Of a DNA stretch of 64,000 bases, positions 39,551 through 56,370 are shown one piece after another. The position numbers and the translations under genes are program-made. Source of the stretch: the human T2T-CHM13v2.0 reference genome, Homo sapiens; assembly GCF_009914755.1 (NCBI RefSeq), contig NC_060925.1. One strand, written 5' to 3'. A model generated the notes under the pieces. It did not search any database, was not told the origin of the DNA, and worked only from the letters and a program-made list of their open reading frames with translations. Within the stretch, counting starts at the first letter, position 1; each line of letters starts with the position of its first letter.

Positions 39551-40008
39551 AGATGTTCAACCTCACCAACAACTGGGAACCTACCAGACATTGGTCTTTT
39601 TAGCAGTTTCAATCTGAAAGGAAACATGTTTCTCTTAAGTAGGGGTTGGTGGAACCAGCTGGGACCTTGAGGGCATGTTGTCTTGAATTCTAATACAAAG
39701 AGTCACATTATTAACTTTTCCAGGCAGGTGACAGTCTTTTGCAAGCAGATGACAAAGGAAGCTTGCACTCTTTCAGGGATAGTTCTTCATATCCATAGCC
39801 ATCCATTTGACCAACCTCTTGAAAAATAAGGAATTAGAAAGATCTGTTTCTAGTGCTGTGCTAGGTGCTAGCAATATGAAGTTGTACTAATAAAGGAGAC
39901 AGACAAGTAAACAGGAAAATTGAAGTCTTTCATTAGGTTGCTAAAAAGATAAAACAAAATAACAAATAGGAAACACCTAATGGGGTGGCTGGTTCATAGG
40001 AGAGCTAG

Positions 40009-40318
<310 letters not shown>

Positions 40319-42849
40319 AGTTGTTTTTTTTTTTTTTTTTAAAGTATCCCACACAGTGCTATATTCATATAACTGTAGGTCTTTGCTGTACACACAGATA
40401 CATACACTGTGCTGTATTCATTGTGGACAGACAGTAAAGACAAGTTAGTAAATATAAAGGGGGAGAGAGAGGTGGTTCTGTAAATAAGATTTTTTTTTTA
40501 AACGGTTCATTTGTCTATTATCTTTCTGGCATTATCTACTTTTCTTTGCTAGAAAGTGTTTAACAGCATCCTGTGATAAATATTGATCCACTTAAAGCAT
40601 ACAGCCTTATTGCATGGCAATGACTTAGTGTAGTAGGTCTGTGGAACCAACTGATAGCTGCAGCTTGAAAGAATCTAAAAATGGGCAGATTCTGGTGCAG
40701 CCATGAGTTGCTGGTAGAGTGGTTTGGGAGTCTTATAGAAAACTGGGTGACCCTGTGGTGAGATAGGCCCATATCGCAGCAGTCACCCCCCAAATTCACC
40801 TAAGTTGCTGTCACAATGTGGTTTGACTCAGATTAGTTTAGCTTTGTTGTGTGGAATTTGCATCCAGAATCTTTTGGATTTAGCAGTCCTCCCTATGAAT
40901 CAAAGAACTTCATAAAAAAATTAAAAGACAAATTATTGCATTTTAATGGGCATTTAACCTCTCTGAAGAGCTCCTATTGCCTTAGGTCATGCAGCTTCAT
41001 TGTGAGTCACCAGAGTTGGGTCATCCCAGTGAAATGATCAGTGAGAATGAAACTAGAAATTTAATTGGCTCAGCTTGAAAGCCTGGCCTGAAGACAAGGT
41101 TATTAGTCTCAGGGTAGACCAGGAACCTGCTGCCTAGCACAGAAGGATGGTAAAGAAGGATTTACCATGTCATCTCTTCTGTTTCAGCATGTAGTCTACT
41201 GCTTGCCCAGTGGTAAGGGCAAGTGAAACTGGCTCCTTCTTTTTATTTGGGTAATAGATATCCCAGACTCAGTGGGAACAGCTTGGCAGGAAGTGGTGGA
41301 GCCCAGTATTGATTTATGTCTTATATGATAGTTAACATGTGCCATGTGCCAACCCTGGGCCAGGCACTTTTCTAGGTGCTTTTAATCCAGTAATTAATTA
41401 ATCTTCACAAATAACTAAAGAGGGGGCTATGTTTTTTCCCATTTCACAAATGATGTAGCAGAGACTTAGGGAGGGAGGGGAAGAAACTTGTCCAAGGTCA
41501 TAGAGCTAAGGGGCAGAGTAAGAGTTCAGGACCAGGTTTGTTGACATCAAAGGTAATAATGTAGAGTACAGTGGTGGGTTATGGAGCCAGGCAGCCAGGG
41601 TGCAAATCTGGACACAACCACCATCATCATTAGGTCACTCTGGGCAGGTTCCTTAACCTCTTGCTGCTCCAGCATCCCCATCTGTTAAAGAGTGTTCATG
41701 ATATTCATGTCATGGGATCCTGTGGAGATAAAATGGTGTTTGACAAGCACATGGCGGGCAACTCAGTAAATTGTGAATTGATGTAGTTGTTTTTCTTATT
41801 AAGACAGTGGGGAAACTGAGACCTAGAAAAATTAATGAATGGCCTAAAGTCTTCCAGCAACTGATTGCAAGAACTAAAGTTGTAAGCCAGATCTTCTGAT
41901 CAAGAATAATTCTCTTATTCCCTCCATATGAAAGAAAAAAAAATCAGAATGGCATTTTTCAATGCCCAAAAGCAGACAATTTATGTGTACACAAAAAGCT
42001 TGATGGATATTATTTCCTAAGATCTGACTAATGCTTTATAATTTTCCAAAACATTATCATAGATGATGTCCTTCTTAGTCCTCATAACAGTCTGACAACA
42101 ATGTGTTAACACATCCACTGTTAAAGAGATGAAGAAACTGAACTTTCAGGGTCCAAACTGCAGAGGCTGAAAGACACATTGGTGACAGAGACTGTTCCCA
42201 CCATGTGCTGTCCCCAGCTGCTCCTCAGCTGCACATGTCACCAAACCACTAGCACAAGTTTAATTCCCTATGTGATTTCTCAGTATCCCAATTAGCCAGA
42301 GGATATTTTTCACTTTCAGATAATAACTTGACAGGGAAATCTGTTGTATATTCCATTTCAAATGCAAAATAACATGTCTTACAAAAAAATGCTATCATTA
42401 CATGTATGTCAAATGAAGCCAATGGCATTAATAAACCCCAGAGTAGTCACCAATTTTGGACTTTATATCGATTTCCCAAAAATGCAGAAATTAGGCTTAT
42501 TTTTAGATTATGACTTTGTGGGCTCAGCAACAGGGCTGAGTTACCTTCAGCTCTTCCAACCACATATTTAAGCCCTGATAACCTTTTGCAGATACTTTGA
42601 AATTCACTGCGTGTGCAAGTTTTTTCCTCCCATGACAGCTAAGTTTTTGAGGTCTATGTGATATTGGACTTACTCTCTTAATTTTATATTTTTTTACATA
42701 TCTTTGATGCTTACAGTGTATTATTCAGACTATAACATTTGAGTAATTATTTAAAACATGTTTTTAAATGCAAGTGTATATATTTTTAAAAGGGTTCTCA
42801 AAAGGATGCAAATTCTCTGTTTATATGTTTTGTTTATTTGTTTTTATTG

Positions 42850-43148
42850 GGTTTGTTGTTGTTGTTTTGAGACAAGATCTCACTCTGTGGCCAAGGCTGG
42901 AGTGCAGCGGCTCCATCATGGCTTACTGCAGCCTCAAACTCCTGGGCTCAAGCAGTCCTCCTGCCTCAGCCTCCTGAGTAGCTCGGACTACTGGTGTGTT
43001 CCACCATGCCTGACTAATTTTTTATTTTTTTGTGGAGACAGGGTCTATGTTGCCCAGGCTGGTCTCAAATTCCTGGGCTCAAGAAATCCTCCTGCCTCAG
43101 TCTCCCCTAACTGCTGGTATTACAAGCATGAGCCACCATGCTCGGCCC
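42850..43148 (-). mobile_element. Alu (AluJ-like)
   Basis: CTCCTGGGCTCAAG motif in both arms. Confidence 0.88.
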
Positions 43149-43649
43149 TAAATTTTAAATATTTATCATTTTTTAATACCTTCCTGAGTCTTCAAATGCA
43201 TGTAGGCTATATCTATATAAAGCATGAATGTGCTTACTGGGACACAAATTTGAAACAGGAAGTTATTCCTTATCTATTCTTTAAAACCAATTGTTCACAA
43301 TCCCTAAGTACAGTTCATGATGTGGGAATTGGGGCAGGTTGTTTTTTTTTTGAGTGAGACTTTGAAGAACCAGTGCTATTATTTTGGAAGTTTTGGAACA
43401 TGAAATAAGTCAGTCATATTCAGAGTTAGAGCCTGAATTACTTCTTCCCCCACTTTATTAAAATAATTCATTTCTGAAAAACTACTGCAGGGAGAGTTTT
43501 CTGAAGTTGAAAGTGTAATAAATTTGGATGCAGAAAAAATGTGTTTCTGATCCCCAAATCAGCATCCATTCATGTTAAAAACAACCAAATTTCATCATGA
43601 GGGACTTCTATTTAACATTACTTATCAGAGCATTATTCAAAAAGGAATT

Positions 43650-44580
43650 TTCCTTCCTTCTGCTGACCACTCACAGAGCAATGATCATGAAGTCTCTAAC
43701 CATCAAACCAAATAGCCTCTCTTCATTCTCATCTTATTTAAAAGCTCTCTTGCCTTAGGCTCTGAAAACCTTCCTTCTCTCCTCCTCCCCTCACCCTCCT
43801 TAGACCTCTCCTCCCTGCCTTCCATTGCTCATTGTTTGATTAGACCCTGCCCTGAGACTTCTCCCTCTCCAATCATCCTCTCTTAATAGATGGGCTCTAT
43901 CTCTGTCCTCACCACTTCCCCTCCTCTCTCCATCTACTTCTGGACTGATCTCACATTTACTATGGCTTCCTATTCAGCCTGAGTGTTGAGGGCTCCTAGA
44001 TCTTCATCTCTAGACTCTGAGCTCCAGATGAACATTTCCACCTTTTATATGCCCCTAGAAACTCAAGTTCATATACCCAAAACTAAACTCATTATCTTCT
44101 CTTGATAATTCAACCTGAGGTCTTGGTCCTCCTCCTGTTTTCCCTGGTTTGGTAAATAGCATCACAGTCCAGCCAGGTGTGCACTCTGGGGACCTGAGTG
44201 TCATCAATGTGATCCTCTCTCCCTCATCATTCCTAACCCAAGAGTCACCTAAATCTGTTTGTTCTATATCCACAGTGGCTCTCACAATGCTTCCCTCCTT
44301 CTCTTCTCACTCAGACCCCTCTAATCCAGGCCATCATGGCATGGGAGGAGACATGCTGATCTTGCCTTCTCCAAGCCATCCTGCAGACTGCTCTAGAGTT
44401 CTCTTTCTAAGTGCAGGTCTGAACTTGTCACTGCCTGCCTAAACCTCTGAGAGTTCCTATTATGCAGAAATTGATCTGTTATTCTGCTGTGAACTTTTAA
44501 TTCACTACTAAATAGCGTGAGCTAATACATATAAAGTGCCTAACTCAACATCTAAGGAGATGCTCAAAAAATGTCATTTA
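43650..44580 (+). mobile_element. L2 fragments
   Basis: CTCAAGTTCATATACCCAAAACTAAACTCATTATCTT and pyrimidine-rich L2 motifs. Confidence 0.6.
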
Positions 44581-44859
44581 TGCTATTATCACTGAAGGCT
44601 CCTTCAAGCCTTGCAAAGTTGATATGTAGATGTTCATAGACTCAAACTGTAAATGTGACTCATTTATTTCACATTCCACATGCTGCATAAAGTCTTCATA
44701 CAGGCACAGAACCGATATCTTTATCGATTTGAATTCTACTAGTAAATTAAAAGTTCACAGAAAGATAATAAATTTAAAAAACAAACATGTAGCGACTGGT
44801 CAATGTTCCCTTGGCTTCATAGACTATGGATACTAATCATTACAGATACTTAAGATATA

Positions 44860-45393
<534 letters not shown>

Positions 45394-45529
45394 TACAGAT
45401 TATTTTACAATTCCACTGAATTGCAGGGGAATTATAAGGTAGCTGAGGTGTACCTAGCTAGCCTTCCACCTCATCTTTTGGCTTTCTCTCAGCTCCTTCC
45501 ACAACAGCTCAGCCCTCCTCCTTGGCATA

Positions 45530-46130
45530 TACACATTAGTTGAACAGATTTCTGGGCACCTGCCTTGTGTCAGGCACCATGCTGGGCAGTGGGAATACGG
45601 CAGGTGACATAAGGTGAGATCATCCTAAGTCAAGTAGGGCTGAGGACTGGGGAAGGGGTGGGATGGGATTTTAGATGCAGGAGTCAGAGAAGATTTCTCT
45701 AGAAAAGTAATATTTAATCAAGACCTGAGTGCTGAGAATGTGCCAACTAGGGGAAGTCTGAGGAAAGAGCATTCCAGACTGAGGGAGCAGCAAGTGCAAA
45801 TACCTTGAGGGAAGCTGCTTAGCACTTTGCCTGAACCAAGAGAGCTGGGTCGCTGGAACCTAGTGAAGGAGGGTAGGAGATGAGGTAAGAGAGGTAGGGT
45901 CTTGCAGATCATGATATGAAGTTGGCATCTTATTCTGCTTAGAGTGGGGGCCACTGGAGGACCTAACTATCGAATTACATTTTTAAAGAATATCCTGGCT
46001 TCTCTGTGGAGTGTGGAGAGGCAAGGATGGAGGCAGGGAGGAGAGTGCAAGGCAGGGCCTGGGTGAGAGAAGGTGGAGCTGGAATGGGAGTGAGTGTGGA
46101 AAGGCAGGTGGTGAGACCTGGCAGCATCCC
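45530..46130 (-). mobile_element. L2 3' fragment
   Basis: AAGAGCATTCCAGACTGAGGGAGCAGCAAGTGCAAA motif. Confidence 0.65.
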
Positions 46131-46747
46131 ACAGTGACACATTTTGTTGCCCTGAGTTTTTCATGAACACTCAATCTGAGAGGACCCATTTACAACTAGG
46201 AGCATATCTGTAAAAAGTGGAATCATAAGACAAGTACAGTCCCCTAAGTAAGGCACACAGGGTACATCTCACTTGGGGGCGTACCACAGGGGACACTCTC
46301 TAGCACTCCTGGCAGGTGGATAGTTTTGGTTAATAGCCCTTTTTATGCTCTTAAAAATCATACCACATAAGCACTGACCCTTAAAAGATGACTTTGCCTG
46401 CCAGGGATAAGGGAGAATGCTGCTCACTTTCAGATACAAACTCTCTTCTAGGAGGCCAATGTGCTCATTCACAAATTTTCCTTGAGATCTTAAAGATTTG
46501 ATGGACTTCTTTTAAAAAGCAGTGAGCAATATGCTACCTACTGTCACAATCAGAGCAGACAAAGACAAATGCTTTTATGAGTAATTTAATTCCTCTCCCT
46601 GAGGAAGACATCCTCAGCTGTCAGCACCATCCCCGGTGACACGCAGGCGATGTGAAGTGACTGTTAAAAGCAGCAGATGGTGCTTCTTACTTCGTGTTTA
46701 CGGAGCACCCATAGGGTGATAGTTGCTTCCAATGCCGCATACATTAA

Positions 46748-46930
<183 letters not shown>

Positions 46931-48734
46931 TGAGTATTTGCATCCCACCATGGCTGTCACTAACTCAGTGATGACAATTATATAAACCTTAGCAAACACT
47001 TGTATTTACTGAGCCCCTACCCTGTGCCAAACACTGCTTTGAGAGTACATCATTTGGGCTATCTACTTTAATCCTCACAATACCCCTAAGAGGTTGGGAT
47101 TATCATTATATGCATTTCAAAGATAAAAAACTTAAACCATATGAGGTTAAGTTGCCTGATGTTACCGGTGAGGCTGGACCTAATACTTAAGCTCAGAGTT
47201 TTGGGTCCAGAGCCTATGTCCTTTTCTCTGGCAATTGCTTCCCTCTAGATGAACTGGAAGGGAGGCAACAAGTCCTTCAAGTAACCTGGGACCCATTTTG
47301 GCCCCAGTGAATTTGGGTGGAACTGTTCTGCATAATCTTGATCCCCTTTAGTTTGGAATATCCTGTATCCCTGCTCGGATATTTTTTGGAAGATGAGCAT
47401 GCATTAAATGTCACATAACCAATCTGCAGAGATGCAGAGCTGGCAAGTGTTGGGATGGCTTGGCAGGGGCTTGGCAGTGAAGCATTGGGCATTGGCTAGC
47501 AAGGCTCCCACAGAGGAGGCGCGTCCCATTGCCCACTTTGCTGGCTCCTTGCTGGGACAGGAGCTGCCCTCCAGCCATACTGCATTGTCCCAGTTGTCAA
47601 GGTCCCAAGTTGTCATACTCTCTTGGCATTTGTTCTGGTCCGGCCTTCCCTGACCCTTTCAGATGGTCTTCAGAGATCACCCCTGCCCCACTCCTCCTTT
47701 GTAACCCTTTTAAAACATAACCCTCTGTTAGCTCCGCCTCCCCGCCCCAATTCAGAATGAGATAAAACTTATCAAGGTCCTGCAAGGTCCTCCTCCCTCT
47801 CCACCCTCAGCCTAGGTGCCTGCTTGGTTTCTCGTCACTTTCCTCCCTGCTCCCTGCACTCCGCAGGGAAGCCACAATAGCTTTCCTTCCCTTCTTCAAA
47901 GAGCCAAGTGCATGTGGCCTTGGCACATCCTGGAGAGCTCTGCCTTCCCCGAAGCCGTGCAGCGCCTCCTGCTCCATCCCCACCCCACTATCTCCTCACA
48001 GAGGCCTTCCTGCAGCAGTCCCACCCCTCTGTGTTCTCACTCTGCTGTTTCACTCCATATCTTATTTTCTATTCATGTTTGTCCATTTCTCCCACTAAAA
48101 TGTAAGCCCCCTGTGACTCTGTCTTGTTTGCTTCTGTGTCCCCATGCCTGGAGTGGGAAGAGGCACCTTGAGGATGTCCAGTGCATCTGCAGCTGGCCCT
48201 GTGCCTGCTGCCCTTGCGATCCACACACCTGACCTGGCATAGGACTCCTATGGAATGGGGACTGTTCCTATTTCTCTTAGCATCCCCGGTTCTGAGCACC
48301 CGGTAGATGCTGAATACGTGTTTGTCAGATGGTCCAGATAAGCAGTAGAGAGGGAGCTAAGAAGGAAGGAGGCCGTGAGAATTCAAAGATAAAGATTGGC
48401 AAAGAAATTCCAGCCATAAGCATTGCTAGACTTGGCATGTGACTGGATGAGGAATGTGAGGGAGAAGGAGGGGTCAAGGGTGCTCCAGGTTTGTGCAGGA
48501 TTTGGGTGGGATCATAGGGCAGGCAGAGGAGGAACGGATCAGTAGAGAAGAGACAATAAACTTGGTTTTTGAGCAATGAGATAAAACACATGATTGCGTG
48601 CAAAGTGGGTGACAGAAGCAGGGATGGATGAGATAGGGAGATTGTGCCAGAATTCAGTGAAAGCTCTGATACCTTCATTGAGAAAATCTTGCCACAAACA
48701 AACAAACAAACAAACAAACAAACAAAAGTCTATT

Positions 48735-49272
48735 AAACCCAGCAATCCCAGCAATTCCACTCCTAGGTATACACCCAAGAGAAATGAGAAGGTAGATATC
48801 TGCACAAAAACTTGTACACACACATTCACAGCAACATTACTCATAATAGCTGAAAAGTGAAAACAGTAACCAAAAAGAATATATGTATTCTGTCACCAAA
48901 AAGAATTTATGTACTGACACATACTATGACATAGATGAACCTCAAAAGCATCATGCTAAGTGAAAGAAGCCAGTCACGAAAGACCACATATGGTATAATT
49001 CCATTGATAGGAAATGTCTAGAATAGGCAAGTCTGGAGAGACAGAAAGTAGACTGGTGGCTGCCGAGGGCTGGAGGTGGGACTGGAGGGAAGAGATGTGG
49101 CAGGGTGGGGGACACAACTGCTAAAGGGCACAGGATTTCTTTCCGGAATGATCAAAATGTTCTAAAATTAATATTGACGGTGATGGCTGTACAACTCTGA
49201 GAATCAGCTAAGAACCATTGGATTGTACATTTTAAATGGGTGAATTGCATGGCATATGAATTATATCTCAAT
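48735..49272 (+). mobile_element. L1 3' end (L1MB/ME-like)
   Basis: CCCAGCAATTCCACTCCTAGGTATACACCCAAGAGAAATG ... TGAATTATATCTCAAT. Confidence 0.8.
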
Positions 49273-49656
49273 TGAGGAATTACCAACAGAAAGAACTGAA
49301 TGGAATAAAATAGCAGGTAGATGGAATTAATCATGATAAAAAGCAGACATCATTTAATTAAACAATAGGGAAACAAATGATAATTTTTTTAAAAAATGTA
49401 AACTGAGCCAAACAGTGAACCAAAGTAAACTAAACAGTTGAGTGATGAACTTGGTTTACATTCTGGCACAAACCCCTGCTCTCTTTAGGAGTGGCAGACA
49501 GTTCTCGGCCCAGCTGCTACCCACCAAGTACACTCTGAGCAGCACTGTGTAGGCAAGTGAGTCCTTAAGTGTGTGAGAGAGGTCCGCACGGGCGAGGATG
49601 GCTAGGAGAAGCCTCATCGAAGAAGGACTGCCCAGCTTCGTGATGTTTGCTCATGA

Positions 49657-49836
<180 letters not shown>

Positions 49837-52145
49837 TGAACCGTGGCCCTACAAACAGCAGAGAGAGTCCCTTGCCAACTAGCATGAGAATTAATCCTCC
49901 GAGTGTAATTATGGAAAAGGGATACTTGACAAACGTTGATGACCTTCTTCCTGCTCTCTGTCCTCAAAAACTAAGCTTTTACAACAACAACAGCAAAAAC
50001 ACACACACACACTGAGCACCCAAATCTCACTGGACTCCATACTCTGCTCTGGGCACCCTCTCTTTATTTTGACTTTGGGAGAGGCACAGGACCCCAGAGA
50101 TTCCTCCCACCAGCTGGCTCCAAATCCCAGGTGCTCTGTATGAGGCAGTAATCAATAGTGAGATCCTGGGACACAGGCTGGTTGCAGGAAAGGCCTGGCC
50201 TAATTAAACATGCTGCGAAAATTCTTGTAAGAGGGCCTATCACAGCATATGGCCATATATAACCATCGTGTACAGAAGAGGCACTGCCCTGGGGATAGGA
50301 TGGCAGTTACATGCACACACATGAATGGGCATGGGGCTGGGAGGAGGTAAGAGCCCTTTGGGCCAAGCCACACTGGAGGAGGTGGAGCAGTGAGGCACCA
50401 TCCCCCCAAGCTGCCGGTGCAGGACGTGCCTTAAGTACAACTGTGCTCTGGCTTTAAACTCTTCCCTCCCAGAGGCTGTTGAGCAGAGGGCTGTGAGGCT
50501 GGCGTCAGAAGCAAAGGCTTCCTCCTCATTTCCTTAAAAGTAAGAAAGCAGTTCTTTGGCACCCTGCCAGTCACTTATACCTGCACAGAGGAAATGTCAA
50601 ATACACTCCTAGCTTGTGTTTTCAGGGGTTTCTGGCTGCTGAGGTGAAGGCAGGGACATAAAGTTTAAGTGTTAAAAAGGAAGTCACTTGTTGAAAGCCT
50701 TTTTAATTTCAAAATAAAAGACAGAAATAGAATGCCACATAAAAGAAATGTTATCACCACCAATGGTAAGAAATAGACCTCTGCTAAAACTGCGTCCCAG
50801 TGACAATGCCCCCCTCCTCCCTAGAAGTGACCACTATTCTGACTTTTATGGTAATCGCTTTCTTTCTTTGCTTCATAATTTATGACCCCAGTGTGTTCCT
50901 AAACACAATCATTTAGTTTTGCCTAATTCCCTTCCTTTCCCTTCTTTTGTCTTCCCTCCCCACTCCTCCCCTCCCATCCTTCCTTGTTTTTTTAAGCTCT
51001 TTTAATCAGCAGGTTTCTTCTCCATAGAAACCATAATAATTCTTTTAACTCTTGCTCTTAGAGAAAAAACAAAGCTTGTTTAGTTACAACTGTTCTCTGA
51101 AGCACCTGCTCTTCACAGCTACCCTGCTTTTCTGTGATACTGTACTCAGAACATTCCCCCCAACATGTGGTGCAGTGGCTTAGACTACATGATTTGGAGA
51201 CAGATGTACATGAATTTCAATCTTGCCTCAGCCATGTACCTGCTATATGTCAAGAGTTTCTTAACCTCTTGGCCTTAGTCTCCTCATCTAAGAAAATTGG
51301 AAATAGCAATTCCTCATAGGGTTGGAGGGAGGTTAAATGAGAGAACACACACAAGGTGCCTGGCACAACATAAGTGCTAAATAAATAATCATTGAAACTA
51401 TCGTTATTTCACATTATTTCATGTGGAAGGATGTAGTTAACTTGAGCAGAGGACAAACAAGTCCTCCCCAGCTTCCCCTGCCTTCTTCTCTGTGACTCCA
51501 GCATCGAGGATGCCCCTGTTAGTCGTGGTTCTTATAGAAGCCACTGGAGGGATTGAGCTGGGAGCAGAGGTGGAATGCAAGCTTACACCTGGCTTTTGGA
51601 GAGTGTCTTAGCCATCCTTTTTCTTTGTCATATCCTCACCTGCCCTTTTCCCCAGTGAGCCAGAGCCCAGGTACAAGAGTCAGAGATGGGGATCAATACC
51701 TAAGTGGTCTTGGGGAGGGGGTCAATAGAGCTGAGTGGTGCTGAGGCAGGAGCCTCACCTTTCCTGGTCCCCACCTCCCAGTCTTTGTCACCATTAAACA
51801 GTAGCTCCAGGACAGGGCAGCATTGCATAGCCCTGCCCACACCCATTCTGCTCATCTGACCACCACTCAATTTCCTACCAAGGACTGGCCGACTACTCAG
51901 ATGCCAGACCACCAAGACAAATGTGGCTCTGTTCTACAAAGGAACAGAAAGTGAATGTTTCTTATGCCGTCTAATTTAGGGGGGTCGTGATTGTCCATCT
52001 GGTGGTCTGGGGGTGGGGGTGATATGCAAAATCTGGTATTTCCCTCCTCTGAAAATTAATAGGGCCAAATGGAAGAGAAGGTAGAGAGGCTGACTCATTC
52101 ATCATATTTTTTCTATAGAATAAAAAATAACCTATAATATCCTGA

Positions 52146-52466
<321 letters not shown>

Positions 52467-52787
52467 TGAAAAAGTCATAGGCTGAAAATAGTTCATTCAT
52501 ACTAGTGAATATAACTTAAAAGAATAACTAAAAAAGAGACTAGATTTTTATTTCCCTGAATTTTCCATCCCCATCTATTTCAAAACCACGAAGGAATCAT
52601 TCATTTGGTTTGGAGAGTGTATGAGTCTTCCTGGAATTCACGTTCACTAATAATGCTGTTTTCACATATAATAAATGAGCTGATTTATGTGAAATTAGTT
52701 CCCAAGCTACAGAACACTATAAAAATATTGGAAACTGATATTATTTCAACATTAAGTCTGAGTTTCCCTTTGAAAAGACTGGACCCG

Positions 52788-53161
<374 letters not shown>

Positions 53162-53383
53162 TTACAGGCAGAAGAAAACCTGCTATCTTATCACGAGTCA
53201 GACTCAAAGATGAGAAATCATAGCAGCTGCGGGATGGGAGCAGGTGAAGTTGAGAGCCACATAGAGAGATACATGCAGAATTTTAAGGACCATTTGCAAA
53301 TGTGGAAATATTGAGAAAACCCCACTTTCTACTCACCACTAGGACTTGTCGGCAAGCAAATCTTTCTTTGTTTAACTTAATAG

Positions 53384-53557
<174 letters not shown>

Positions 53558-54318
53558 TGAGGAATAATGTCTCCTATAGAGGCCAGCTTATAGGACTAGG
53601 AAGTCAAGATAGAGAAATTGAGTTAGAAATTGTGGAAACCATATAACTTTGGGTTCAGGGTAGCAGCATCTCCGGGTAGTGCAACCCCAGAAGAGAGATG
53701 GGGGCTAAGCCTGATTTGAGAGTCACTAAGGAATGGCCCAACAGAGCAGAATGTGGTGTCCCAGAGGTCAGACCCTGGTTGAGCTACCTCCTTTAATCAA
53801 ATGGGAAGTTTCTACGTTTACCACCAAGGCAAGAAACCAAGGACTGTGGCCAAACCTATGGGTCTATTGAGAAGTAGGTGGAAAGCAAAAACAAAGCATT
53901 TCTTAAAACTTCAAATACCTGTAAGTTAAAAAAAAAAAAATCAATCAGTGGTACGTGCCTTGGTGGAAAAGCGCTGGCTAGAATTCCGATCCCAGTTCGT
54001 TTCCTTAGCTCATATGTGATTCTTGGGCAAGTTGTTCTCTTAACTTCTCTGAACTTCAGTTTTCTCTACTGTTAAATGGGAATACTAATGTCTGCCTCCC
54101 AGAATTATTGCCAGCAAATGTGATGATATTTGTGAAGGCATTCTGTCAACTAAAGCATTATGTAACAAGTTGTGCTATGCTGATAGGCCTGGGATTTTTA
54201 CAAAACAGTCTGTCATAAGGGCCACATCATGAATCACCTAATAGATGGAATTGTCTTATAACAAGGCCCTCTTATCATTTCAGTAACTAACCCTCCTTCA
54301 TAGCCCAAAGTGTCATAG

Positions 54319-54666
<348 letters not shown>

Positions 54667-54729
54667 TAAAAAGAGAGACCATAAGTAGGTCAATTAGAGC
54701 AAACTATGATTGAAGTTCAAGTTTGTTCT

Positions 54730-56012
54730 TTATTCATTCAATCATCATTCATTTGTTCAACAAGCCTTTCTGAGCACCTTTTACGTACCATGAAGGTTGC
54801 TATGTGCTGAGAAAGGACATGATTCCTTCCCTCAAGCAGCTGACAGGCTAATGGGAGAGAAAAATGAATAGATAATTACAGTGCAGTTTGTCAAGGGACA
54901 GAAATAGGCAAGGTGGACACAGAAGTTCTGAGCACATAAAGGAGGCATGACTGACCCACACTGGAATGATGAAGGAAAGCTTCCCAGGACCACATGACAA
55001 ATGTGAAAGGCAGCCCTCTAAGGAAAGAGAAGGGAGGAAAGGTTAACAAGGCAGAGGAAATGCAATGCTTGAAGAAGGTTTGTGCATTTAGAAAATTCCA
55101 GGTGGTTGAGCACGAGTGAAGCATGAAGTCGGCGATAGGAGTGCAGTGAGAAGTGAGGTAGGAGAAAGAGGTGGGAGTGACTTTATGGATGGCTTTGTGT
55201 GTGTCTACAGGGATTGCACAGTATCCTGCAGAATAGGGATTCTGCATGGTGTTTGCAGAGAGGTTGGGGAAGGGAGCTGTGCCTACTAAGTGCTCAGTAG
55301 TGCACTGGAGGCTGGGAAATAAAGATGGAACATGGTCTTTGCCTTCCAAGAGCTCATGGTCTAGTACAATGTATAACATGTCAAAAAGCAAGCATAATAC
55401 AGTAGGATAATTGCTTTAGGGGTGGTGCATGTTCATGGGGTCTTGGAAAGTGCCCGATTCTGCCTGGAGGAGTCAGGGAAACCTTCAGGAGGAGGCAATG
55501 TGTGGTCTAAGAATGGAAAGGTCCACAGGGCTTTTCCAGGGAGAAAAGTCAGAGAAGGGCAACCTTCACATGTGAATATATGTGGGGATGCAGAAAGGCA
55601 TAATATAGGGGAGAACTGGCAAGCAATATTTATAGCTGGAATACAGCATGCATAAGGAAGATGGGTAGATACATTTGCAAAGGTTGGAAAAGGACCCATC
55701 ATGTTGGGCCTTGTGTGTCATGTCAAGGAGCTTAGATCTTGTCCATGCTGGAAAGACGATGCAGAGCCATTGAGAGATTGTTAAGTCAAGAAGTGTGATC
55801 GTCAGGTGTGAAGGCTAGGTGCAACTACAGGCACCATATAGATGATAGTTTGGGTCGGGTCCTTAACTGGACCATCAGAACACATTCAGAGTGGCTCAAC
55901 TGAGAGTGGTTAGGTGCCTAACCCAAGGCAGGGGTAATGGCAATAGGGAAAAGAAGACCCACAGAACACAAACAAAGAATTGATCAAATATCCGAGTATA
56001 CGTGTTCTAATG

Positions 56013-56048
<36 letters not shown>

Positions 56049-56370
56049 CTCTCCTGCCTGGAATACTCGTTCCCACCTTCCAGGCTTTGTGAACTTACTC
56101 TTTGAGATTCAGCTTACATGTTCTTCCTTTGTATTAGCCTTCTCAGAATCCCAGCTAAAGTTACAGTCACTTTGTTTTTCCATGGTACTCTGTGCATGCA
56201 TCTGTTATAGCATTCATGGCATTGTATTATAACTGTGTCTACCCACCTGACTCCCCTGGCTGGATGTGATCATCTCTCCCTGTTGTCTTTGTGTCCTCCA
56301 GCCTGACATAGCTTCTAGCCCAAACCAAGTGCACAGTCAACTTTTATTTAACAAATCAGTGAATGAAACG
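54730..56370. mobile_element. Cluster of L2 fragments in intron 7 (both orientations)
   Basis: TCATTCATTTGTTCAACAAG terminus at about 54745; AAATCAGTGAATGAA terminus at about 56360. Confidence 0.55.
56015..56047. repeat. (AC)16 microsatellite in intron 7
   Basis: direct reading. Confidence 0.95.

Noticed and set aside
45649-45667. Canonical G-quadruplex motif GGGG-AA-GGGG-T-GGG-AT-GGG
   Set aside because: It lies within an old L2 fragment in mid-intron; such motifs are common and nothing suggests function.
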